In this document: piece by piece, positions 31,429 to 42,174 of the stretch
Numbering within the stretch: position 1 is the stretch's first letter
How the letters are laid out: the number at the start of each line of letters is the position of its first letter
Source: an uncultured Candidatus Saccharibacteria bacterium
Lineage (GTDB): Bacteria > Patescibacteriota > Minisyncoccia > Phycocordibacterales > UBA9973
Length of the DNA stretch: 42,186 bases
Direction of reading: 5' to 3'
NCBI GenBank assembly: GCA_964408305.1
Contig: CAYOYW010000005.1
Location: forward strand, 1-42,186
The notes under the pieces: model-generated
Told to the model about the DNA's origin: nothing
Database searches by the model: none
Seen by the model: the letters and a program-made list of their open reading frames with translations, nothing else
Program-made: the position numbers and the translations under genes

Positions 31429-34400
31429 ATGTTCAACATATTCGATACTATTGATGAGCTAGCAGCTCAAAACAGAAAAAAGAAACAAATAGCTAGTGGA
31501 CAACAGTACGCTAGTTTTGTCAATAATGTCGAGCCAACTACTCCATCTCCGAAAAAGATGGATTTTTCTCTTATTCCATGATATAACACTCCATCAGTTC
31601 CCACATCGATCACAGGTGGGAAAAGTATCGCATATACAGACAATCCATGAACGGTTGCACAAATAGAGCAGAACACTGTGAACCAAGTAAAAAGTATACT
31701 ATTCTCAAACGCTGAGATACTTAAACTCAGAGAACTCAAAAAACAATGAGTTTCTAAACAAGCTGCATACGAGCAAATCGCAAAAGATAGAGCGACTGAG
31801 TCATCACAAAACCCACAAACTCAATGAGGTATAAAACGTGGACTTACTCCAGATCAAGTAGATCCATCAGAAGCTGCATATAATCCAGTATGATATGGAT
31901 TCGAAAAGCTAGACAACGCTGCACAAGGAATACCTACTATTGATGTAAGAGGTAATGTATCGCAAGAGATAAATGACAAGGTAGCAAAATTGCCACAATC
32001 AGAAATTGATAGAAAGACAAAAAAGTTCAATGATACACGATGGATACAAAAACTATATGGTAATGTAAACAACTATATCAGAGAGACGTCAAAATCATAT
32101 ATGGAATGATTGAGAGAAGATTTTGCTACTCCTCTCAACATTTTTGCTAATGCTCCAGCAAGTGCCATAAAAACGGCAACTGCAACTGCAAGATGAGTGA
32201 CAAATCCACTAGATACGATAAAAGGTATATATACGCTCTTTGCTACCCCAGAAGGTAAGCAAGCTCTTACGGATAGATATTGAAGTATGGACAATATATT
32301 GAAAACAATGGAAACTGATCCAGTATGATTGGCAAGTGATGTACTTACACTACTTGAGTGAGGTGCGAACCTTACAAAACTATGAGCAAAATGAACTTCA
32401 CTAGTTGCGAAAGCTGCAGGTGCAAGTGATATTGCTAAGAGTGCGGAAAGGGTAGCAACGACTGCATGAGATATTGCACACACTGCAGGCCAAGCAGCAG
32501 ATCTATGAGTAAGTACTATGGTACCAGCATGATTTGATGTTGCGAAAGGTGCATTCAAAGGTAATTCGGCATTTGACAAGGCAGCTAGATTTACGATTGA
32601 TGCGGCAAAAGCTCCTACGGCTCCATTAGAAACTGCAGGTAAAGTCGCAAAAGCTATTGTGCCAAAAGGATTTGATGTATTTAATCCAAAAGTAAAAGCA
32701 CAATGATCAAAACCTGATTTTGCTGACAGAGTAGCTGCAGCTCATTTTGGTGTTGATGCTGAAAGTGTTAATATAGCTAGACAAAACCCTGAGATATTCA
32801 AACAAATTGATGAAGGTAAAATAACAAAGAAGACAGTGATTGATGATTTAAGATCTCTTGTTAGCGATAAAAAATGACAAAAATCTGAACTATGAGCATT
32901 ATATGAAGATGTATACAAAGCTCCTGAAAAGTTCAACAGTGTAGAGATGGCGAAAGATATAGCTAGCAAACTACAAGAGGAATGAATTGAGATGACGGAT
33001 GGAAAAGTTACATGATATGATCCATCAAAGACGACACTCACTGATACAGAGTTTTCAGCACTCAAAAGCAAGTATAACAATACACTTTCAAACCTTACAT
33101 CAAAACCACGTGAATTATCGGTAGAGGAAGTACACAATATCAGAAAAGACATATACAACACATCATACAATGATGGTGTTAGATCTAAAAAAGCAAAAGG
33201 TGTGGATATCATATCTAACCTTATCAATGAAAAATATCTCCATACAGTTCCATGATTCAAAGAACTAGACACAGAGTTCGGAGATGTAGCTAGTATCGCT
33301 AGAGAAGTATCAAAGATAATTACAAACAAAGACGGAGAGTTCAAAGGTACATTGAAAGCACTCCTAGGAGAAAAACAAGCTCCTAGATTAGAACTACTTG
33401 AAAAATACGTTCCTGGTATCACTCAAACACTAGAAACAATAAAAGCACACGATGATTTCGTAAGAACAAGAGATACTCACAAAGTATGATTATATGGCAA
33501 AATAGTGAAATGAGCTACTAGCACATGAGTAGGCTTTGCTCTTGGTGGCCCAGTATGAGCATTCATAGGATGAGTAGGTTGAGCATTACTCGATCAATTT
33601 TTGTCAAATCCAGATTTATTGAAAAAATATATCAAAAATATAGACGGTGGTAAAACTCTTGCCAAATTGGAAGCTGGAAAAGAACTTAGTGCGGTTGAGC
33701 AGGCAAAAGTTAAAATTGCAGCAGCAAAGGTACAATGAGAAGCCGATAGAAAGGTAAAAATGGAAGCTCAAAGAGTTGAAGCTGAAGCCAAGGCAAAAAT
33801 GGAGGAAGAGAAAAAGATTATCCAAAGTAAGAAAACTGAAGCGTTTAATAAAATCAAGAATGATCCAGAATATGTGAAAAGAGCAGAAGCTGGCCACAGA
33901 GTAGATAAGCCACTTGTATGAGATATTACAAGAGAATGAAAAGTTACTGCAGTGAAAGAAACTGGTGGTCAATATAATCATTTCAGAGTACAAATTGACG
34001 GAAAATCTGAATGGATGAAACCTGAAAATGTAGGTGGTGTTTACGGTAAAAAAACAGTTGACACAAAACCTCCAGTAGAAGATTTTGACGAAACTATGAG
34101 AAAAACAGTTGAATCAGCTACTACAGAAAAAGATCCATTATCAACATTTGCTGAAGGATGAAAAAGAGAATACTATGTCAACTCATTGAGTGAATACGGC
34201 GTTGATGTAGGTAAAATAACAGATATGTGAGATAGACAAAAAATAGCTGACATGATCAATGCTAGAAGTACAGATAAGCAATACGAACTTTTCAAAGAAA
34301 TTATTGAAAAACACGGTGATGATGCCTCAAAAGAAATGTTCCAAAGTGCTAGAATTGCATGACAAACTATAAGTAATCAAGAAGCTACAAAAACTGTACT

Positions 34401-35826
34401 GAAATACTTTTCTCCAGAGGAAGTATCAGTACAATTTGTCAAATCTCTTACTACTCCAGAGTGACAAGAGGCACGAGGATCATACCACAATAAAATCATA
34501 AAGTTCGTAGACAACCCTGATAAAAATACCCCAACACACGAAGTGTTGCATGCTTACTTTGATATGTTCACAGATCCGTCAAGAAAGGTGGATATTTTAG
34601 AAACAGTAAAAAGACAAGCTCAAGTAGATAATCCAGGATCTAAAATGACAAATGTGGATGCAGAAGAATGGCTAGCAGATAATTTTGTGCAATATGTAAG
34701 AGGTGCTGAAACATTCACCGGTAAAATCAAAAAATACTTCGAGAATATGTGGAATACAATGAAAAATATATTCGGACAAGGAGACAAGATAAGAAACCTA
34801 TATAACGATATCATTGATAAAAAAAGAAGTAAATGATCGAATAAATGAATAGCTATGTTTCAAGAAAAAGACAATCATCTCTACGAAGAAGCAAGGAAGT
34901 ATAAGAGTGCAGAGGAGTTTATAAGCAATTCCGATGTGGTTTACCATTGAAGCAGGGCTAGTATAGGAAATGCACAACTCACTCCATGATTAAAAGGTTC
35001 TAGGGGTGGTGGTATATATACTACAAAAGATGTTCAACAGGCAAGTAATTACTGAGATATAAATACTAGATATATTACTTCTAATGCACGTAAGTTTGAT
35101 TTTGATTCTATGAGGAAGAAAGATATTATTGATACTATACAATCATGATTGGAAAAGAACAATATTGCAGTAAATAGAGATTGAGATTTGCTCGTTACGA
35201 AATACTGAAGACTAGATTTCGAGTATTGAAAAGATAAATATGCTCTAAACTCTTTATTGATGGATTTGAAAAATGACTGAATCAGTCAAGAAAGGTTCTT
35301 TACAGATATGTGATACGATTTAGTAAATCTATGAGATTGAGAAAAACAGATAGTCGTATATAATCCTAGTGTCTTAAAAACTAAAGACCAACTCCGCCAA
35401 ATCCGAGAGGAAGCAAATAAAAATACTAGAGAATATGCTTGAACGCACCAAATAGATGAGAATACTTCTTCTTCGATTGTGGATATATCTAATAATACTA
35501 TCGATTCATTTGTTAGCGACTTCAAATCGAAATATTGATACCCAGCTCTAAAGAATAAAGAAATAGCTAAGATGAAAGAGTTAATGTCTAATAAATCTGA
35601 AGAAGTAACTATATATAGAGCATCTCCCAAGAATGAGCTTAATCCTGGTGACTGGGTTACAATAGATAAGGCATATGCACAAGACATAAAAAAACAGAAT
35701 GGATGAAGAGTATATAAATATAAGGTCAAAGCAAAAGACTTATACTACCCAACAACCAAGGAATGATTTGACGAATTACCGTCACTAGCAAAACGAAGTT
35801 CATTTAGCTATAACCCTAAAAAATAG
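31429..35826 (+). CDS. Giant polyvalent virion protein, 1465 aa, with a zincin metallopeptidase motif and a PARP-like ADP-ribosyltransferase motif
   Basis: All codons 31429-35826 were checked. TAG at 35824. HEVLH at 34537-34551 with AEEWLADNF 37 residues later (ImmA/IrrE-like pattern). VVYHGSRASIGNAQLTPGLKGSRGGGIYTTKDVQQASNYG from 34936 and GEKQIVVYNPSVL at 35341 form an H-Y-E pattern. Glycine-zipper GVGFALGGPVGAFIGGVGGALL. Confidence 0.85.
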
Positions 35827-35872
35827 TATTGAAAACACCCAATAAAAACTTATATACGAACTAATAATAAAA

Positions 35873-35881
35873 GCTGGGGGG
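35873..35881 (+). promoter_or_regulatory. GCTGGGGGG motif, 27 nt upstream of the ATG at 35909
   Basis: aaaaGCTGGGGGGcttATTTActcc. Confidence 0.4.
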
Positions 35882-35908
35882 CTTATTTACTCCTAGCTTT
35901 TTTGCAAT

Positions 35909-36262
35909 ATGGACACTCCAAGAGAATACGCTAGTATCCTAGCACAGGATACAATACAGGCATCTACACGTAAGGTAGTATACACTGTACCAACTGGGAT
36001 GAATGCACATATCGCCAGGATATTCTGGACGAATACTGACTGAAACGCTCATACATTCAGTTTTGGTGTAGCAAAAGCATGAGCAGCTGATGCCGTAAAA
36101 CAATACCTATACTCAAATCTACCTCTATCAGGGAATGATTGTTTCGTACTTGCCGCAGATCTAGGACTTGAGTCTTGAGATCAGCTTTTTGTTAATGGAG
36201 ATAGTTCACTTATAGCGGTTAATGTTCATTGATCTGAGTTCAGATATAAATGAGAAAAATAA
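35909..36262 (+). CDS. Hypothetical tail-module protein, 117 aa
   Basis: ATG at 35909 to TAA at 36260. Confidence 0.55.
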
Positions 36263-36285
36263 TTTTATATAGCAATAAATCGTAG

Positions 36286-37599
36286 ATGGCTCCTCACTGA
36301 TATACCTCTGAAGGTTCAACAGTAATCACAAAACAAGTACAGACAGCAAACTCTGATCCAGGAAGTCTAAGTATGATTTTTTCTGATACATCAAACCTAG
36401 CAAAAATATACGCTCTAGTAGCAGGTAGTAGAATAACACTAGATAGGAACGTAAACGGTAGAATGACTATAGCAGTAGATTTGACTGGATTATCTAGTTC
36501 TGATATTACTAATTTTCAAGCAGCAGTTTCAGCTAATACAGACGTTGCAGCTAATACTGTAGCAAGACATACACACGCTAACAAAACAACTCTTGATAAG
36601 TTCTCAGAGCCATGAGGAGTATTGAACTTTAATGGTGTTCCAGTGAACTTCGAAAATCCTTTCCTAGGACAATGACAAGATGGAGCAGTTACAATATCAG
36701 TAGATACAACTCTTACTAGAGATATGTACTATGACACGCTCGTAGTAAATGCCTGAGTAAGATTGAATGCTGCATGATATCGTATTTTTGCAAAAACTAG
36801 TGTAACAGTAAATGGTATAATTAGTAACAACTGATTCAACGCATCTTGATCAACAGGATGATTGTGAGCTAGTGCTGGTACATTGAAATGATGACTTGAC
36901 GGTAAAAATGGTAGTATCTGAGCTACTGGTGCTATACCAGCGGTTGCAGGTACTGCATGATTAACAGGTACTGCATCAGCAAATAGTCTATGAGTTGCAG
37001 GTACTGCATGAGGTGCTGGATGAGATACTGGAAATTATGGTCCAAATAGTATTGCATCAGGTGGTGCATCTTGAGCTGGATGAGCAAGAACAGTTGCCAT
37101 AAATCTACCAAAATCTATCTATCAATTCATGGCATTCGTAGATGCCAATTATAGTGTTAACAACGTAACAGCATACTACTCTTCTTCAGCATGAGGTGGA
37201 TGAGGTGGATGAGGTGCAGCATATTGATCTCCAGCTACTGGTTGAACTGGTGGATGAGGTGGATGATGATGAGGTATCGTATTCATCTATACTCCTAGCT
37301 TGACTATATGAGCTACATGAGTGATCGAAGCGAATTGATGAGCTGGTTGAAACGGAACGGCTTGAACTGGCGGTACTGGATGACAGACTGCAGGTTGAGG
37401 TGGATGAGGTTCTGGATGAGCAGGATGAGTTGTTATCTTGATATATAAAGCTATTAGTAATGCTTGAGTTGTTAGAGCGTTATGATGAGCTGCATGAGCA
37501 GGATGATCTCCATTGCAATTCGGTGGTACATGAGCTACTGCATGAGCAGGTTGAGTATCATGAAATACATGAAATACTTACACTTACACATATATCTAA
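36286..37599 (+). CDS. Glycine-rich tail fibre/spike-like protein, 437 aa
   Basis: Every line was checked. There are about 48 in-frame TGA codons by hand count. Sequence includes SSSAGGGGGGGGAAYGSPATGGTGGGGGGGGGIVFIYTP and VIEANGGAGGNGTAGTGGTGG. Confidence 0.8.
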
Positions 37600-37850
37600 T
37601 GATAGAAAAAGCCAAACAATTAGTCACAATACAGGTGGATCGAGATATTCCAGAAGAGCGATATTGGAGAAAGCTCTATATGGAGTATTTCGAACATCTA
37701 TGAATGGAGTACGTAACAAAATCCATTGTCCATGTGTTTGACTGGATTGATAAAAGAGTAAATAACAACTATTGAAAACAAGCTGAAGCGTTCGCAGAAA
37801 TAGTGATACGTTTCCAGTGAAATCCTATTTTAGATGCTATCCCAAACTAA
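37599..37850 (+). CDS. Hypothetical protein, possibly a fibre assembly factor (by position only), 83 aa
   Basis: TAATG stop/start overlap with the upstream gene. TAA at 37848. Confidence 0.5.
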
Positions 37851-37853
37851 CAA

Positions 37854-39641
37854 ATGTGAGCTACAGTACACGGTTATACGTGAAAGAATCAATCACCAAC
37901 TATGGTTGCATGGGGGAATATCACAGGTACGCTTGCGAATCAAGCCGACCTAGTTGCAGCACTCGCTACCAAAGCGAATGATTCTACGGTTGTTCACAAA
38001 GCTGGTAACGAAACTATCACAGGCGTAAAAACATTCAATGATAGTACTATTGTTATGCAAAATGTAGCAGGTACTTTTACGGTAACACTCACTAATACAG
38101 TTACTGCGAATAGAGTACTTACATTGCCAAATGTTACTGATGTTCTAATTAGTAGATCATCTTCTGATACTGTGACTAATAAAACATTTTCTAATAATAC
38201 GAAACTTGCAGGATCTACTCAAACTACAAGTACATCAGTAACAACAACATCTAATCCAGTTCAATACGTAGATGCTACCGCTTGAAATATAACTATTACA
38301 TTGCCAACTATTGCAAACTGACAGTGGTATAGGATCTATAAAATAGATGCAACTGCAAATACCGTAACAGTACAAAGAGCTTGAACTGATACAATAAATG
38401 GTGGTACTAATGTGGTAATATCTAAACAATACGCATGATATGAATGTCTTTGATGATGAGGTACTAACTGGGTAGCTGAATATATGCAACCTACAGAAAC
38501 TGCATGATGAACTCCATGAGGTTCAAGTACACAACTCCAATACAACAATGCTGGAGTTTTTTGAGGTATTACATGAGCAACTACAAATGGTACTACAGTT
38601 ACTCTTACATCTCCAATAATCACGACTTCTATAACAACAGGTTCAGCAACATTATCTGTGTTTGATGCGACTGCTACTACAGTGACTGCGTTCCAAGCTG
38701 CAACAACTATGACAATAGGTTGAACTCCTACAACAGCTATCACACATAACTATTCTACAAATGCTACTGCTGCAGCAACTACAAAAACAGTTAATCTTGG
38801 AACTTGAGGTGCAGCATCTTCTACAACAAATATCAATATATGATCAGCAAATGGTGGTACTACTACAATCAATTCACTACTAATTTCATTGTGAGGTATT
38901 ACATGAGCAACTACTACAGGTACTATTGAATTGTGAAACGCTTCAGATACTACATTATCAAGAAGTGCCGCAGGTAGATTAGCGGTAGAATGAGTTAATG
39001 TGGTTACTATATCAAGTGCTGATACATTGACTAACAAAACAATGACAGCAAGTACTAATGTTATCGGTTGAGTTACAATGACTCTTGGTACAGATGCTAC
39101 ATGAGATATTTATTACAGAAGTGCCGGATGAGTACTAACAAGATTGCCTATATGATCTGGTACACAAGTTCTTTGAGTTTCGGCAGGTATACCAGCGTGG
39201 ACAACTCCTTCTGGATGAGTTTGAGATCACGGTTGTTACTTAACACAAACAACAGGTACTACAGGTGCATTCGGTGCATATACTACATTATGATTTGATA
39301 CTGAATCGTATGATACTGATGGTTACCATGATAATGTCACAAACAACAGTAGAATTACAATTCCAGCAAGTAGATGAGGTACATATATAATCAGTGGATG
39401 AGCTGGTCAAAGTGTTAACTTCAGAGCGTTGAAACTAATCAAAAACTGAACTACTCAGTTAACAGTACAAGGTGCAGTAGGTTCTTCATGATCTCCATCA
39501 GGTACAGATGCTGGTACATTCAACTTATCATGGACTGGTAGATTGGTAGTTACAGACTTTGTTGAACTACAACTATATACAACGTCTAATACTGTAACAT
39601 CTTCTACATACACATACTTCTCTGCTCAACAAATCGCATAA
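37854..39641 (+). CDS. Tail fibre protein, 595 aa
   Basis: WGNITGTLANQADLVAALATKANDSTVVHKAGNETITGVKTF, a repeated GGITGATT motif, and LSRSAAGRLAVEG. Verified line by line. TAA at 39639. An alternative start is at 37902. Confidence 0.85.
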
Positions 39642-39688
39642 TGGATTTGATATTCATGTGAAAATATCTATACAACAATCAATAACAA

Positions 39689-39696
39689 GCTGGGGG
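39689..39696 (+). promoter_or_regulatory. GCTGGGGG motif, 22 nt upstream of the ATG at 39719
   Basis: caaGCTGGGGGcTTTTAgtt. Confidence 0.4.
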
Positions 39697-39718
39697 CTTT
39701 TAGTTATGATACACTGCG

Positions 39719-40009
39719 ATGCTAGAAACCCTTATATTGCCTACTCTCAAAGAATACTGACCTTTCATGTGAATGGTTATATTAGCAGTAATATACTTCG
39801 TATATGAGCTTAGAAAAAAGGATTTATATATAATTGATATCACCAACAAGTTCATCAATATCGCTCAGGATAACATAAAAGTAAACACAGAAATCAGTGT
39901 TACTATCAAAAATCTTAGCGAAATGATGAGGACACAAACTATGCTTATGCAAGATAGTCAACAAAAACTCACTGAGGTATTGACAGAAGTGAAGTTTATG
40001 AGAAAGTAG
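39719..40009 (+). CDS. Small membrane protein with a coiled-coil tail (holin or lysis-regulator candidate), 96 aa
   Basis: The TM MVILAVIYFVY is followed by a helical region. TAG at 40007. Confidence 0.55.
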
Positions 40010-40030
40010 TTTTTATCATTTCCAACGCCT

Positions 40031-40210
40031 ATGGAACTAGAGATCTTATCACTCCGACACGGAAAGAAAAAGCTCTGAAGAAGAGCTACAAAAGAATACG
40101 TTGCATTTATAGTTCTTTTTCTATTTTCAACAGTATATCGATGACATGCAAATACAGTTATTCATACTCTTGGGCTATATTCCTTCAACACTACTTTATA
40201 TTCTACCTAA
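40031..40210 (+). CDS. Possible small membrane protein, 59 aa
   Basis: TM VAFIVLFLFSTVY. It overlaps the next ORF by 65 nt in another frame, so it is doubtful. Confidence 0.25.
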
Positions 40211-40469
40211 CATAATCATGACTCCAGAAATCCCATCATTACCAAACCAGCTCAATAAAACAGACATCGTAAAACGGCTCATCAATGTTATCAAGTACTT
40301 TGGATGAGTTGTTATTATGTCAATTTTCGATTACTTCATGGCATTCTTTGGAATGTGAGTTTTTTCTCTACATGACCTATGGCTATGAATCGCATGAGCG
40401 GTAGTCGGTGCTGCACTTGATCTATATCACAGATATAAATCAAATAACACATTGCCTTTACTCCCATAA
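40146..40469 (+). CDS. Multi-pass membrane protein, holin candidate, 107 aa
   Basis: MQIQLFILLGYIPSTLLYILPNII...GGVVIMSIFDYFMAFFGMGVF...LGIAGAVVGAALDLY. It lies immediately upstream of the endolysin. Confidence 0.6.
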
Positions 40470-40478
40470 CAAATCACC

Positions 40479-40982
40479 ATGACTCACCAAGAATACATCA
40501 AAAAGTATTTGTGAATGAGGGTAGATTTTGACAACGCTTATGCTTATCAATGTGTTGATCTTGCACGCCATTACTGCGGTATGGTATGGCAATATCTTAC
40601 ATGATTATTTTGAGGTAGTGCATACGCAGGATGGGTTAATAGACAAAAGACTTTCAAGTGAAAAGCATATATCACATGATTCCCAAAGGATTCATCTACC
40701 GTAAAAGTGTGAAGTGTTGTTATTTTCAAGCCAGGTGCAACAATTATGACAAAGTATCCATGAAACAACCAAGCATGGAGAAAAATCAGATTTTGAAAAG
40801 ACTGACACGTTTGAGTTATTGATTATATTGACAACGATTGAGTCATGAGAATCATTGAGCAAAACTGAATCAATGGTAGAATTATCAATGGGAAAAGAGT
40901 GTACGATTGATTATGAGAAAACGCTATCCGCCTAATGTGATACCAAGGGAAAGATGCAGTAGCATGATTTATTTTGCAATAA
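40479..40982 (+). CDS. CHAP-domain endolysin, 167 aa
   Basis: FDNAYAYQCVDLARHY (Cys at 40551), ...DGHVGVIDYID, ...IIEQN. Confidence 0.85.
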
Positions 40983-40986
40983 TACC

Positions 40987-41544
40987 ATGATACCAGCTCC
41001 AAAACACACCTTCAGCGAGAAAATGTATGAGTTCAATCAGCATGATATGGATGAGAGTTGATGTACGTATATTACAGGTATAACAATCATAGCAAACAAC
41101 CATTGAATACATTTCACTGACGAAAACATAAAAACGCTATTAGATAACAGACCAAAATTACCACAAAGATCTTCTAGTAATTTATGATTCGCATTCAGCA
41201 AATTGGTGCTGGATGTAAATATAATGTTCAATGTGAAACTTAATCTCCAAAAAATCGACTTAATTATGGCTTACGATTGGATGCAAAAGTGACGAATGGT
41301 GGCAGTCCAATGAAAAATCAATACTTTGTACGTTAACGACATAAAAGATTGAAAATGGGACAAATCATTTCCAATACAAGCCAATGATGATCAGCACGCT
41401 AGATGTATGCACATTATGTGAAATTACACTTACATAACAGAGAACTTCAAATGAATATTGCCATACAATACATTCCGTGTTAACCGTTTTATACAAATGG
41501 TTACAGATGGAGTTCTAAAAAGAGAGGCATTTACAATAATATAA
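40987..41544 (+). CDS. Hypothetical protein with a Cys...His pattern (possible cysteine peptidase), 185 aa
   Basis: DESGCTYITGITIIAN and DDQHARCMHIMG. Verified line by line. TAA at 41542. Confidence 0.6.
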
Positions 41545-41546
41545 GA

Positions 41547-41627
41547 ATGAAACTAACAAAATTGAGAAAGACATTGATATGGATCCGCATTGTATTGCTT
41601 ATTTTAGGCATATCAAAAAGAAGATAA
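41547..41627 (+). CDS. Possible 26-aa membrane peptide
   Basis: MKLTKLRKTLIWIRIVLLILGISKRR. Confidence 0.25.
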   Translation: MKLTKLRKTLIWIRIVLLILGISKRR

Positions 41628-41635
41628 AAAATCTC

Positions 41636-41663
41636 TTGCAATCAAAAATATATTGCTTATACA
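41636..41663 (+). promoter_or_regulatory. Promoter TTGCAA-N16-TATACA (copy 4)
   Basis: aatctcTTGCAAtcaaaaatatattgctTATACAat. Confidence 0.55.
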
Positions 41664-41788
41664 ATCTCCAGCCACCTATATCTACGTATAGGTAGGTAAA
41701 AGACCATTCTCTTGCAGGTACGGAAGTAGTGAGCCGTCAGGCAAGCTATCATGTACCACTCACTACGCAAGTTGAGTGGTCTTTTTTT
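41664..41788 (+). ncRNA. Candidate small RNA bounded by promoter copy 4 and a terminator
   Basis: About 125 nt with no ORF. It contains the hairpin acctata-tctacg-tataggt, internal pairings cttgc/gcaag and ggtac/gtacc, and a terminal terminator hairpin. Confidence 0.3.
41756..41788 (+). terminator. Rho-independent terminator
   Basis: ccactca-ctacgcaagt-tgagtgg, then tc and a T7 run. Confidence 0.8.
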
Positions 41789-41808
41789 ATTCAAATTATT
41801 TACAAAAC

Positions 41809-42174
41809 ATGGATAGACATTGAATTGAACTAGAACTTATTGAAAGCCTCATTGAGGCAATACAATTAGTTAATTGAGAGATGTTCTCAAAAGAAGAATT
41901 GATAAGTCGATTGCGTAAGCAACAAGATATAATTTCACAAGAGGAAGATGAGGAAGAAATGTTTGACGAGCAATGAGACATAGATTTCCTAAATGCAATC
42001 GCTGAGGCAACAAAGCAAAAATTCGCATTTTGAGATCGACAATTCTCAGGATGAAACTTTTTTGCAAAAATGTGAGTGTGAAACAAGGCATCAATATCAT
42101 TGTGACAAACTCAAGCTACAGCAAACAATAAACTAGTAAAACATATAAAAGCATTTTATTTATTTGTATCATAA
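41809..42174 (+). CDS. Hypothetical acidic protein, 121 aa, spanning the circularisation junction
   Basis: ATG at 41809. The TAA at 42172 corresponds to positions 41-43, 1 nt before the methyltransferase ATG at 45. Confidence 0.55.

Noticed and set aside
32742-33422. The longest standard-code ORFs in the track (226 aa on the minus strand here; also 4846..5430, 32073..32579, 29993..30499 and 35286..35729, all minus strand)
   Set aside because: They are antisense to long, family-supported plus-strand genes read with TGA=Gly. Their translations are low-complexity and rich in Ser/Leu/Phe/Cys, which is typical of shadow ORFs in an AT-rich genome.
38562-38915. Repeated 23-nt segment tgaggtattacatgagcaactac (38562 and 38892) and the tgaggtgga repeats near 37190-37290, considered as a CRISPR array or a DGR template/variable-region pair
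   Set aside because: Both lie in frame within fibre genes and encode protein repeats (GGITGATT and polyglycine). There are no spacers, no reverse transcriptase, and no adenine-specific mismatch pattern.
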